DNA of 64,000 nucleotides from Octopus sinensis (GCF_006345805.1 NC_043004.1:102796001-102860000), one strand, 5' to 3'. Shown: positions 12,246 through 25,619, counted from the stretch's first letter. The notes: generated by a model not told the origin, from the letters alone. Program-made: numbers and translations.

Positions 12246-15200
12246 TGGTAAGTTTACAGTAAAGTAAACCTCATTGATGATGTCAAAATGAGGTAGAAAC
12301 ATGTTAGAAATTGTTTCCTGCACTTGCCAGGAAAATGAAAAAAAAAAAAAAGATATTAGTCATCTACTAATGTTTTTCTCACATATATTCTACTTTGTCT
12401 TTTGTATATAAAATAGTTTCATCAATAATTAGAGCCAGATGACTATAATACTTGAGGTAAAGGAGGTGCTTGTGTAATGTGTACATCTGGTAGTGGTGTT
12501 CAGAAGGCAATAAGTTGGAAGTAAGATGTTGCTTAGAACCTAGGTCATCTCTGATCTAGCAAGCCCTACGATCAAAGTTGTTTCATAACAACCATTTAGT
12601 TTCTTTTCTGTATTTTTTTTTTTTCGTATAATGTAATATATTTTTACCAGTTTCAGCTTTAGTGTGTTGCCTTTTACTTTCTCTAAGATTAGATTAGATT
12701 TTTTATAAGATTTAGGATTAGATTAGATTTTCTGGGATTTAAGATTAGATTTTTGCAATGTGTCCTCCTTATTTTCAAAACAGTATAGTATGAATTAAAG
12801 GAAAGTCTGCTGCTTTTCCGAACAGATTGAGTAACTACATAACAGCTTGCTTGCTCATTGGCTTAGTGGCAAACAGAAGCGATGGAGTAAAAGTGAAGTA
12901 GGCAGGTTAAAGTGAAAAAGAGGTCAAGTAAATTAGGCCAGGGAATAGGGGGGGGGCAACTTATGAGTGATGGGCAGCTGCAAGTAGAGTAAATGTTATA
13001 GTAATTCAAGAAGTCCTTCCCAGTTAAAGTTGGTACAAAGAGAGTGGGCAAGACTGGAAAGTTGTGTTGAACTTGACAATTCCAATTAAGACTACAATGA
13101 AAAACATGGTGTAAAAAAACAAAACAGTATTTTGTACTTGAGCCACATTCTGAACACACATACACATATAATAGTCTTTTATACAGACACAAGGCCTTAA
13201 ATTCAGGCGAAGATATGTTCAATTAAACCAGCCCACAGTACTTCACTGTTACTATGAAGACCAGAAGGATGAAAGGCAAAGACAGCCATGGCAGGATTTG
13301 AGCTCAGAACTGATATCTCTCAAGAATATATTCTACACTGAAAGATCACAGTACCTGTTAGTTAGCATAACCCCTCTGCCTGTCCTGTGTATCAAATGTG
13401 ACACACAGGACATATTTATCTGACGTCCATGCATCATATACAAGACATTTCCATTGTTTTGTTTTGTTTTCAACCAACAGAGTAACTTGCTACTTACTAA
13501 AGGAAAACTTCATACTGTTAAGAACATATGAAATAACGGCTAAGTCTGAAAACAAGCACAGACGTTCAGGGCAAAGAGTTAAAAGTTTCCTGTAGCTGAG
13601 GTTATGAAAGGAGTTGAGTTTTGTGAAGTTCTATGGGCAAGTTACAGTAAATCGATTACAATATGTGAGTTGCTAAACAGACTACAGTGATCTGTCTGGA
13701 GGCCATGGTCAAACTAGCTAGCATGACAGTGGGCAGAAAACTGCCAGATTAAAACATATGTAATTAGTTATAAGGAAAAATAGATTATGATTATTCATGC
13801 CGTTTTAAGTCCTAACTCAGCACTTCTCCAACTGACTTACATGAAAAGTGTCCTAATTGTGACCATCCCATCTTTTCGTATATCTGGAACTATATTTGTC
13901 TGGTGTATCTTTTACAACGGTAGTGTGAGAATTGATGGAAATTTGATTGTTATTTCTAGCAGGTTGAGTGATGGCATTACAGATTCCTACATTGGCTCGT
14001 GACTCGAGGTGTTAAAATGAGGGTCAATCATGTAAATAATGGAGTAAATGAATACTGAAGCGTATGTATGTATGTATGTAATTTTTTTTTAATATTACAC
14101 TTGTCTTGTGAGATGTGCGTAATAGCAACAAAAAATATATATCGAAGGAAAATGAAAAGGGCACAGATTTGATAGAGAGATGTAGCAAGAATGTGAAAAA
14201 TAGAATATTTTGGAAAAAAAAAATTTCATCGAAAGAAACATCCAATTCCTTGCCCTTTCCATTCTCCGTGAGGTAGTGATAGCTATTCCGAAAGTCTGCC
14301 AACCAGAGATCACACCCACCTCGTGAGACGAGTGTAATAGTACAAGTTTAATGACATTCTTGATATGAAACTGTACAAATAAATCCTTGAAAAGGGAAAT
14401 CATATGCAACTAACTAGGTGTGGGTTCCAACTGAAGATGAAGGATATCAAGTCGGAAATATTGTTGTATGAATGTTTCTATAGACACACAAACTCCGCGT
14501 AAGACATATACACCCACTCACATTAGACGAGGGAAAATATGCAAGCACTTCATTTTGTGCCAGATAACCGAAGCCGCAAACAAGAAAGTGATGCTGATGA
14601 AATACCGAGTAACTACAAAGTTCTAGATTTTATAGACGGGCCCCAATTCTTTGGATAGTATTGATATATATTTTAAGTCACTTATTTTGAGAAATTTTAA
14701 TCTCCATAAGGGTGGAGTGTCGGAAATGAAATTTTGGGGCGTGTAGAAATGATGAACAATAAATTCTATCGTAACATGATGCTGGTAAATATTGCGGCAG
14801 TTGAAACGTGTAAGGAACAAGAAGGGAGAGAGCATAGAGGAATGACAGAGGGCAAAAATGAGGGAATAGGGGCGATGGGGAATACAAGAAATAGTAGACA
14901 AAAAACAGTAAAAAATCGGTTCAAAATAACTTATTTCTTCTTAAAAAATCACAAAATAAGTATATACTAGTCATGACAGGAGTCAGTGGTCTCGCTTAAA
15001 TTTAATTTGTAATAGTATTGTTTGGTTGAAGGAGTGGTGCATGTAAGTTGGTCGAACAATATGTATGGCCAAACCTTGTACTATTTAGTCATGTTTTTTG
15101 TTTTATATTACAAAGATAGAATGGAATTTCCCGACGTCACGATGTGATCAAATTTGGAACAGATGACATATCTTTGGTGGACATCAACTATTCTGACAAA

Positions 15201-15674
15201 AAGTTTTAACGAGAAATCGTTTGCAAGCTTAACAAAAGATGAGAAATAAATAAATCCATAGATAGGCAGATAGACAAAATATTGATAAACAAGAACTTTT
15301 TAACAATAATGACAATAGACACTCTCTATAATGAAAGCTATAGTGTAATAATTAATTAGCGAGCACATGACAGACAGAAGGAACTTTCGACAGGATTCAA
15401 CTTAATACAAAATCTAATTAAAACATCCGCGTAGGATGAAAAATCTCATTACAGTAAATCATTATATGTCACCTTTGATAACAGGAAGTAATAAATATTA
15501 CAATTATATTATATTGTTGTCATCCCTAAAAAGTATTCCAGCCATGACCATCCCATTTTAAAGAATACGTAGGACTTCGTTATCAATGAGGCCTTCTGTA
15601 ATTCACATAAACGTAGGGTGTGATTTGAAGGAAATATGGCTGCTATTTCTAGCATGTCGAATGATTACGTAGTG

Positions 15675-15830
15675 CAAGGATGGGCAACCTTTTCCCAGAA
15701 GCGGGCCGCATGAATCATAGCTTGTCATCAGGCGGGCCGCACTTGTAATAAAAATAAAAAAACTGAAAATAATTTATATTTTAGGTGTGCCATTCAGAAA
15801 GTCCCGCGGGTCACAGATTGCCAATGACTG
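15675..15830. mobile_element. hAT (Charlie-like) MITE
   Basis: Ends caaggatgggcaac / attgccaatgactg, internal gcgggccgc repeats, imperfect 8-bp TSD acgtagtg / acgcagag. Confidence 0.65.
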
Positions 15831-16549
15831 ACGCAGAGACTTCCTCGTTGGCTTACGAGGTCTGCTTCGTCGTGTTTATTAAATTTTAGTTTATGTATCA
15901 ACGTGAAAGACTAAAAAAAAGAGAAATAATTGAAAAGGGTTTAAAAAAAAGAAAAAAAACAATAACTGACAAGAAAGGATTACAGAGAAAGAAGACGGAA
16001 GCAGGGAGTAAATATGTTTAAAATAACAGATGTTGAATCCATTTGTCGATCCACTTTGTCAATTAATAAAACCGGAACAATGACCGCAGTCGCCACAGAG
16101 TCTGACCAACGTCATCATCTTCACTCCTTCATTCCTCTCTTCCTCATCATTTAAAATTTTTCATCGGTTGACATTCTGGGAGTTCTCTCCCTTGTTCCCT
16201 ACGACAATAAATTTTCATTAATGACTCTTTTTTCCCCCCCTCTTTTTTATCATTAGGGCAATAAATTCGATTAATTAAAAATTATTTTCAACTCGAAATC
16301 CCAAGTACGGGTCGTCGGCATTTACTGAAATACTAAATACTCCCCGCACAAACAACGGAACAGATTTGTCACTAGACTTGCTGGTAATAACAGCCAAATT
16401 TCCACAAAATATATTAAAAAAAAAAACGGTTGGGGAGAATGACAGATTGGTCAATGTAGTCCTAGTTATACAAAAAAAAACCAATAGAGTCAAGGCTGTA
16501 ATGTCTTTCATCATAGGTCCGCTCAATTGAGTGACCTGAAGTCAAACAA

Positions 16550-16669
16550 CTACATACATACATACATATATATACATACATATACATATATATACATGTA
16601 CATTCATATATATACATATACATACATATAGATATACATACATATATATACGTACATATATATACGTAC

Positions 16670-16706
<37 letters not shown>

Positions 16707-16768
16707 ACATACATATACATACATATATATATATACATATATATACATACATATATATACATATATAC

Positions 16769-16815
<47 letters not shown>

Positions 16816-16986
16816 CATACATATATATACATACATACATATACATATATATACATACATACATATATATACATACATACATATACATACATACATATAC
16901 ATACATATATATACATACATACATATATATACATACATACATATATATACATACATACATATATATACATACATACATATATATAC

Positions 16987-17039
<53 letters not shown>

Positions 17040-17080
17040 CATACATATATACATACATATGTATGTATGTATATATACAT
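16550..17080. repeat. Compound (TACA)/(TA) microsatellite with an 18-bp higher-order unit
   Basis: Visible directly; translates as repeated MYVYIC. Confidence 0.95.
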
Positions 17081-17194
17081 AATAAGAGTATAAGGGAAAG
17101 AAAGAGAAGGAAGTGATTCTGCTGTGCAATCTGCAAAGATATAAATGAGAAAACATACACTTGAAAGCAAACTGTATATAATTAGAATACTTAC

Positions 17195-17672
17195 CAGATA
17201 GAATACCCGGCGTGTCTATGATACTTATACTTTCCAAGACAGGGTTTTTCAACATAGAACACTGGAATCTATTTAGAAAAGCGTTACCGAATTTCGACAA
17301 AGGTCGGAACTGCTTCTTGGTGTCAACGACCAAAGCATTGCCTGGTATAATGCCTTCGTTGTCGTTGACCATGACAGCAATGAACCTGTCGGTAGTTGGT
17401 TCGGGACCGATACGGATTCCGGGGAAATCTTGCTCCAAGAGGTAACGGATGAAAGTTGTTTTGCCAGTGGAATACTGACCAATTAGTAGAATCATCGGTC
17501 GAGCATCGAAGTCGGAATCGTCGAGCATTGGCGAGTGGAAGTCGTGGAACCGGTAATATTCTTCCAGTGGTAACAACTTATTCTTGTAAAGTTGTTTCAA
17601 ACCTTCCACCACCGAATCGTAAGCCTCCGGTTCCTTCCTGTGTTTGTCATCGCCTGTCATCCAACGAAGCAT
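17195..17672 (-). CDS. EHD1: EH domain-containing protein (EHD1/RME-1/Past1 family), first coding exon (N-terminus and dynamin-like ATPase domain)
   Basis: MLRWM...[22 protein letters not shown]-loop [28 protein letters not shown]; ends at donor G|GTAAGT (phase 1). Remaining exons not found in 1-17194. Symbol is family-level; invertebrates usually have one EHD. Confidence 0.95.
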
Positions 17673-18200
17673 GATGACGACTTTTTTGTTTTATAATAAT
17701 AATATCCAACCGTTTTCCAACAAACAGACACACACACACACACAAAAAAAAACGGTAATAGAGAAATAAAGATTTGATCAAGAAGAGAAGAAAAATATAA
17801 ATGTAGAGTAATGTATTAGTATCCTTCGAGTTGTTCAATATTTCTTCCTTTCCTCTGTCGTTCGCCGCTGTATAACGATACAGAATACAGAATATATACT
17901 AAACTTTCACTTATCAAAGTCGGTTCTCCGAAAAATACACCAAAAGCGGCAAATAAATCACAGAAACACTTTTTCATTCAAACCCCTAAAAACTCAGGCT
18001 TAGATGTGTATCATCAAATGGATAGACGTATTAATGAAATAATTATAGGAGGATGAGTAGTTTCCATATTACAAGGAACACTAAATGATCGCCACAAAAT
18101 GACGACTTCACACCTCACAAAAGAAATGTCTTCAGAGAAACCACGGCCGCCCCAAATGGCACTTTGTCTCTCGAATTGTCAGCGTGTCTTTAATGTCCGA

Positions 18201-18212
18201 TGCGCATGCGCA
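18201..18212. promoter_or_regulatory. Perfect NRF1/Ewg palindromic site in the probable EHD promoter
   Basis: TGCGCATGCGCA ~530 bp upstream of the ATG, in locally CpG-retaining unique sequence. Confidence 0.55.
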
Positions 18213-18458
18213 CTGTGTGTGTAGCGTAAGAGTGTCAGACTATGGAAGGCACGAAGCGCAAGTAAATAAGTTCTCTTTACTTTCATGGTTTCGTTTTTTT
18301 CACTTGCTTCAGTCACTGGACTGCTGCTGTTACGCTGGAACAGCACTTTGGGGGGTTTTAGCTGAACGAATAGCCCCCACCTCGTACTTATTATTATTTT
18401 TTTTTTGAACCAGGTGCTTATTCTATCGGTCTCTTTTTGCCAAAACACTAAGTGTTGG

Positions 18459-18495
<37 letters not shown>

Positions 18496-18496
<1 letters not shown>

Positions 18497-19003
18497 TAGC
18501 AGTATTGCCCGGCGTTGCTCGGGTTTGTAAGGGAAATAACTATATAAGCATTTTTAGAGAGTTACTTCCTATAGATGCCAATTCGGGCTTTCTTAGCCAT
18601 TTCTGTTTTGGTGTCTTCAAGCCATGAAGTCGTTGTTCTAAAAGAACGCTGGTCTCCTTGACAACGCATTACGACGTTGATTTCTTTACACTCCCTTCCC
18701 CAAGCTTCACGAGGGAGGGAAGGGGGAGAAGCAAACAGGTGCAGCTGTGAGCGTGGACGCCAACTCCGCCGCCATCGACACACGAAAAATTATGCATTAA
18801 AATGGAATAAAAAAATGATGTTAAATTATTTTTAAAATCGTAGACTCATCGTAGACGCGCGCTAATACCCAGAAGGGATCGATATGAATCACGACTATAA
18901 GATACCCGGTTTTGGTTAAACTGCACCACAAAATGTGGGAGGAGTTAGGAATCTAAATCGAAGGGGACAGACACTCACACAACTACAGTTTTATATATAA
19001 AGA
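18496..19003 (-). mobile_element. Non-autonomous Helitron
   Basis: Minus strand A|TCTTTATATATAAAA ... hairpin CCCGAGCAACGCCGGG ... CTAG|T; no TSD; inserted in a TA run; CpG-rich. Confidence 0.85.
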
Positions 19004-19800
19004 TATATATATATATAGATAGATAGATATAGATATAGATATATATATTTATTTTATTTTATTTTATTTTATTTCATTTTATCTAGTTTCAGCTCACGAG
19101 CTGTGGCCATGCTGGGGCACCGCCTTTATATATCTGTAATTGTCACATATTACATTTACAGATAAATTCCTCTATTTATATAATATCGAGGTCTCTTTCA
19201 TTTTTTTGTTGTCTTACCATTTTTATCAACATATATATATATATATATATTCTCACTTTTTGATTTTATTGTACACACACACACACACACATACACACAC
19301 ATGAGTAAGCACACAAATGCAAAACAAGGTGGTAAAAATAGGACTCGAATACCAAAGGTAGAGTAATATTCTTTTTATTAAAGCCCAAAAAATCTCCACG
19401 GTTTGTGAAGATTTTCTCAGCTTCGATAAAAGTATATATATATATATATATATGTATGTATATGTATATGATCATCATCATCAACATCATTTAATGTCTA
19501 TTTTCCATGCTGGCATGGGTTTGAAGGTTTGACAGGTGCTAGCCAATCAGAGAGCTGTTCGGGCACCAATTGTCAGTTTTGGCATGGTTTCTCCAGCTGG
19601 ATGCCCTTCCTAACACCAACCACTTTACAGAGTGCTCCACAGGGTGCTTTTATGCGGCACTGGCACACGTGCACTTCAGCTGGCACTGAAACTAGGACCA
19701 CCTCACACATCACTGGCATGAGTGCATTCTATGTGGGATCTGAAAGACAAAGACCTCTCAGCTGGGATATGTGGGGGCATGGCTATAAAGGACATGCCAG

Positions 19801-20250
19801 TGTAGTGACGCTTCTGTGTAAGTTTCAGCGCATATGCGCAGAATTGGATTACTTCTGGTTGGCCACCGGAAGTTTTCCTCATGCGCATGTGCAGGAACTG
19901 GAACCTAAAAGCCTGACCGCTGAATCGGTCCTTTTCTGGCTTGAACAGCTTGACTTTCTCTCAGGGAACAACCCTACACTCAGAGAACCTCACCCCAATG
20001 AAGCAGGAGTGAACTGAAGAATCATCTTGACTCGCACGAGAAAGCATCACAACCAGTCCTGCGGATTCGGCTGCCGGTTTCCCTACTAGAGATACACGTG
20101 CACTAGTTCTTACCTGTAACCGCAGAATAAACCACCACTTACTGTGATCGAAGACCACCTGACTTTGTCTCTGTTTATTCAACTTAAATTGTATGTGACA
20201 GGATCAGATCGGACACCCCTCCAGTGTTCCTGAACTCTCATCCTGTTACA
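19801..20250 (+). mobile_element. Probable solo LTR
   Basis: TGTA...TACA termini, internal AATAAA (~20126), flanks ccag/cctg (imperfect 4-bp TSD), GC-richer than surroundings. Confidence 0.5.
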
Positions 20251-20830
20251 CCTGTATGCATGTATGGCTGCACTTTTACTTATCTTGACGTGTCATCTCA
20301 AGTACAGCTAATCGCCACAAGTATCAGTCCCTTGTCATGTAAAAGCACCCAGTACATTCTGAAGTGGCTGGCGTCAGGAAGGGCATCCAGCCATAGAAAC
20401 CAAGCCAAAGCTGACATTAGAGCTTGGTGCAGTATTCTTGCTCATTAGCAGCTCCTGTCGTTAGCATCCAACCCATGCCAACAAGGTGCTGGAAAAGGTG
20501 CACTAAATATTGCCATCATATTGATCCAGTGTAAGTTATAACTTTTGTCTGTCACCTGTGCTTCAAACCATGCAGATCTGCAGCAGCATTAAATGCTCAT
20601 CTGAGAGGTCATGGATGAAAAGTCGGAAATGCCTTTAGCAATGCAGATGCACAGAGACATGGCACCCATCTGTGAAGATGGAGCAATCACTGCACATGCA
20701 TGTACAAATGCATGCATGTATATTTGTATATACAGGGTTTCACCTCTCGTATTCATCTCCCTACCAACCTCAATTTCATCATCATCCTATGCCTCTGTTT
20801 CATTATCTTCAGTCTTCATTACATTGTCAT

Positions 20831-21059
20831 ATTTCTTTACTATCCACAAGGGGTTACACACAGAGGGGACAAACAGGGACAGACAAATGGATTAAGTTGA
20901 TTATATCAACCCCAGTGTGTAACTGGTACTTATTTAATCGACCCTGAAAGGATGAAAGGCAAAGTCAACCTTAGCGGAATTTGAACTCAGAATGTAGTGG
21001 CAGACGAAATACTGCTAAGCATTTCGCCTGGCGTTTTAATGTTTCTGCCAGTTCGCTGC
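20831..21059 (-). mobile_element. tRNA-derived SINE family B with 17-bp TSD
   Basis: Matches 29987-30212; TSD cttcattacattgtcat at 20814-20830 and 21060-21076. Confidence 0.9.
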
Positions 21060-21412
21060 CTTCATTACATTGTCATCCATCTCAGTTTTGTCCTTATCTA
21101 TTTTAATTTCACCATCAACTTATTTGTTGTCAATGTAGAATGGAGTAAATTTTTTTTATGAACTGACATTGATATCAATGATTATTAGTCACAGAACTGT
21201 AAATCAATGTAAGCATTAAAAAGTTGTGCAAAAGTTTACAAGTTTTGTAAAATAAAAATTGCTGCGCCTTATGTTTCTGTAAATATACATACATTTAATA
21301 CATTAAATGTAACACACACACATACACACACATGGTAATATTGATACCAACATAAAAGTGGGTGTTTTGTTAGAATACAAAATACTGCATTGTGTACCAT
21401 GAGAGAACCTCT

Positions 21413-21695
21413 CATCATCATCATCATCATCGTTTAACGTCTGCTTTCAATGCTAACATGGGTTGGACGATTTGACTGAGGACTGTTGAACCAGATGGCT
21501 GCACCAGGCTCCAATCTTGACCTGGCAGAGTTTCTACAGCTGGATGCCCTTCCTAACGCCAACCACTCCAAGAGACTAGTCAGTACTTTTACATGCCACT
21601 GGCATGGGTCCAGTCAGGCGGTACTGGCAACGACTTCGCTCGAATGTTTTTTTCCCGTGCCATTGGCACAGGTGCCAGTAAGGCGACACTGGTAA
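21413..21695 (-). mobile_element. RTE-type 3'UTR/(GAT)n-tailed repeat
   Basis: (cat)n cgtttaacgtc...ggatgcccttcctaacgccaaccactc. Confidence 0.75.
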
Positions 21696-22351
21696 CACTG
21701 GTTATATATAAGTTCTTATATGGGTGCATATAAGAACTCATGCCTATATCACTAGTGTCTACTACCATTACAGATGTCTACCATTGACAAAGCCAAGGAG
21801 AGCCAATATCACATGACCTGGTAGTTCCAGTGGTGGTAGCAAATGACTATTTCCCACTAGCGACATGAGTACTTACATGCACCGCAAGTCTACATGAAGA
21901 GTTCTTTCATTGTAAATAATGCAGTATCTTGCGCTCTGTCACAACATCCACATTTAAGTGCAACTTGGTTGAAGGTTTTACCCATGTAGATGGATGAAGC
22001 ATGTGTATGTATGTAAGTATGTTTACACACATACATAGTCAGGCAGACAGGCTGACAGACTAGCAGACAAGCAGGCAGGCAGGCAGGCAGACAGACAGAT
22101 ACAGCATGTAAAAGACAGAAAAAAAACGTCATTTCAACTTTTTATTCTTTATTTCTAATGTATTTCGTCTGCTCTTACGTTCTGAGTTCAAATTCTGCCA
22201 AGGTTGACTTTGCCTTTCATCCTTTCGGGATCAATAAATTAAGTACCAGTTGCATACTAGGCTCAATCTAATCCACTGCCCCTGCTCCCAAAAAATTTCA
22301 GGCCTTGTGCCTATATTAGAAAAGATTCTTCATTTCTAATTCTTAGTTGCT

Positions 22352-22382
<31 letters not shown>

Positions 22383-22779
22383 ATGATGAAGGTGAGATAC
22401 TTATTCCATTTTACATATAAGGCGGCTAAATGTCTAGAGAGAATACTGAACAACTCCATGGAGGAGGTAAGCTTTTTGCAGTTTTGGTTCTCAGATGTAG
22501 TCACTGCACATGACTTTCTTTTTATCTGAAAAGCATGAATGTGACACAATTTCATTCTGTTATCGGTAAATCTGTTGTTTGGTATCTATACAAAAGAAGA
22601 TAAAAAAGATCATTATTGAGACAATATGGTGCGTATGAAGAAAGAGAGAGAGAAACCAAATAAAATCCTCTGTGTATATAGGAATGTTTGTGCATGAGGG
22701 GGCTGAGAAATAAACAAAGATAGAAAAGCCCTCCCCTTACATACATACATGCATATAGACATAAATATATACATGCATA

Positions 22780-22821
22780 TGTACATACATACATACATAC
22801 ATACATACATACATACATACA

Positions 22822-22852
<31 letters not shown>

Positions 22853-23026
22853 GATATATGTGTACCAATGTGACAGATGTACTCTGAATTCACATCCAAG
22901 AATTGAAACCTCAGATACACACATGTACATATGCATACATATATAACATATTCATACATTGTATATAGATACACGAGCATACACACACACACACACATGT
23001 CTGAGTGTGTCATCACCATCATCAGT

Positions 23027-23073
<47 letters not shown>

Positions 23074-23105
23074 TATCACCAACACCACCACCATCATCAT
23101 CATCG
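22780..23105. repeat. (TACA)n, (CA)n and (CAT)n microsatellites
   Basis: Visible directly. Confidence 0.9.
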
Positions 23106-23378
23106 TATTTAAAGTCTATTTTCCATGGTGGCATGGGTTGGGTGGCTTGACGGGATGTACCAGCACCAATGATTTTTACATGTATATATATATATTATAT
23201 ATATATATATTATATATATATATATATTGAAATGGATAAATGAATTATCTTGTTACGGATTATTCAAAAGATAACCGATACCTGGGTAGCAAAAATCACA
23301 ACAGAAAATTCACGGTTGAGGTTACGACCATGGGGTCTCAAACCCGTGCCTTAGTGCGGAAATTTGAAGTTTATATAT

Positions 23379-23526
23379 TTAGTGTAGGAAGAAATGGAGC
23401 TGAACGAAGATTTAACAAAATTCCTTTTTATTATTTTCTACATATGTTTCAAAGACTTTGAAACATATGTAGAAAATAATAAAAAGGAATTTTGTTAAAT
23501 CTTCGTTCAGCTCCATTTCTTCCTAC

Positions 23527-23531
<5 letters not shown>
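23379..23531. repeat. Perfect palindrome: 76-bp arms, 1-nt spacer
   Basis: ttagtgtagg...tttcaaag A ctttgaaa...cctacactaa, centre 23455. Confidence 0.95.
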
Positions 23532-23557
<26 letters not shown>

Positions 23558-23934
23558 TCCATGTGTGGCTGTGTGTTAAGAAGTTTGCTTTCCGACCACA
23601 TGTTTCCAGGTTTAGTTTCATTGTGTGGTACCTTGGGTCTTCTGTTATAGTCTCAGGTTGATCAAAGCCTCGTGAGTGGATTCGGCAGATGAAAACTGAA
23701 AGAAGCCTGTTGTATATAGATATTGTTGTGCAAGAGTACAATGCCCCCTCATGAGAATGGACTGGACCACTATATATAAATAGTAGTGGTCTGAGTAAGT
23801 GAGATAGTTTGGGTTAGTTCCACAGTTCGTGTGTTGGTAGTTCAAAGCTGGAGTTCAAAGTTTACAACAGTTTGAGTTTGCGTGTTGGATTGTTGGTCCT
23901 TAAAAAATTGTTGTTACTGCTGTTTGTTTCGATT

Positions 23935-24296
23935 CGTGGCCAATGCCAGCATCGCCTCGACTGGCTTCCGTGCCTGTGGCATGTAAAAAGCACCATCCGA
24001 ATCGTGGCCGAAGCCAGTGCCGCCTCGACTGGCTTCCATGCCGGTGGCTCGTAAAATGCACCAATCCGACCATAGCCGTTGCCAGCCTCGCCTGGCACCT
24101 GTGCAGGTGGCATGTAAAAAGCACCCACTGCACTCACGGAGTGGTTGGCGTTAGGAAGGACATCCAGCCATAGAAACACTGCCATATCAGACTGGAGCCT
24201 GGTGCAGCCTTCTGGCTTCCCAGATCCCCGGTCGAACCGTCCAACCCATGCTAGCATGGAGAACGGACGTTAAACGATGATAACGATGATGATGAC
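23935..24296 (+). mobile_element. RTE-type 3'UTR with internal ~60-bp tandem subrepeats and (GAT)n tail, nested in a family-A SINE (~23560-24500)
   Basis: Repeated gcctcgactggcttcc...aaaagcacca units; SINE-A halves on both sides. Confidence 0.7.
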
Positions 24297-24619
24297 TGTT
24301 GCGATGTATTTGTTTATCCATAAGGATATAACACATATATATCTATGTTCATGTGTGTGTGTGTTTGTGTTTGTTCCCCACCACCATTTGATGACTGATA
24401 TTGATTTCTTTACATCCCTGTAATTTAGCGGTTTGGCAAAAGGAGACTGATATAATAAGTACCAGGCTTAAAAAGAGGATAAGTACTGGGTTGATTTTTC
24501 CAACTGAACCCTGCTAAATTTATTCTAAAGCCCTTTGATTCCAGGCCTTGCTTCCACACCCGAAATATCTTCTCTAATTCTACTATAGATTCAGCTAAAG
24601 AACAAGGTCATCAGCATAG

Positions 24620-25363
24620 AGAACCTCCTATGGACACCATCTGATAATTGGAAAAGAGTTAACTGTATCATGATGAATGTCAAAATGCTGACATCATAAC
24701 TGCTGTTCAATGCTCTGTGAACACTGTAAATGCTGTGACATGGACACCATGAAAATCAAGTTCCCCAAAACTATGATGTTCTTTGAGTGCATCATCAAGG
24801 AAGATGATGTCATGCCGACCCATATCTTTGAACAGGGCTTTAGGCTCAATTGAGACAGTTATTTGAAGCTGCTGGAGATTGTGGTGAAACCCTGGTGAGA
24901 GAGGGTTACAACTAGAAGGTCATATATGTAGCGGCAGGATTTGGCTCCTTGTCATGCCTTTGGATAGAGCCAGAAGTGCTTGTCAGAGAATTTCTACAAC
25001 TTAACCACCCCACTTTAAGGTCTCCTAATTCCTCCAATTGAAATACCATGGATTACTATGCATGATGAACAATTGAGAAATACACCGACCACTCAACCTG
25101 CAACACCAAAGCTGAGCTTGAAGCCAAGATTAAGGAGTTTTGCAAAGATTTTCCCAAGGACACAGTAAGGAATGCATGCACCAATTTCTGGAGCCATCTT
25201 GAGGTCATTGTGGAATTAGAAAAACTATTTTGAGTAAACTGTTACTTCCCAGCCAAAATCTATCTGATACTTTTTGATTTTTTAAAATATTTTTATTTTT
25301 AGATGGGACATTGCATTTTCTTTCCCTTTAAAGCAAACTATTAAATTTAGCCCAAACACCCTG
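24620..25363 (+). mobile_element. Decayed Tc1/mariner (DD37D/maT-like) transposase fragment with 3' TIR
   Basis: Remnants PTHIFEQGFRLN, LLEIVVKPW, RQDLAPCH, SPNS..NTMDY; terminal ...caccctg. Confidence 0.6.
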
Positions 25364-25619
25364 CACAGAATATGAGAGCATAATGTTTAATTTCTAATTT
25401 TTAATTATTTCCGATTCTTTACCTTGAATTTTTGATATTTGATAGGATATATATATGCATTGAAATCAGTGATATTTTATAAACATCACTCAATGTAACA
25501 AATATATAAATATTTATCCTTTCCGATTAAAAAAAAAAGGAAAAAGAATCTTTAAACATATTTCAAGCTGTTTCTACTTTAACTTTTTACTTATCATATA
25601 TATATATATATATATATTT

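Noticed and set aside
16462-17170. Long Y/I/M/C/V-rich ORFs (also 25795-26073 and 43125-43969)
   Set aside because: Translations of TA/TACA microsatellites, which lack stop codons
22552-23150. Poly-M/D/I/S ORFs (also 27733-27927, 30684-31077, 32899-33178)
   Set aside because: Trinucleotide repeats, mostly LINE tails; no splice or homology support
23305-23350. Minus-strand hairpin arrangement resembling a hammerhead (cacgg...gacc ccat ggtc gtaac...ccgtg)
   Set aside because: Both CUGANGA and GAAA cores are mismatched
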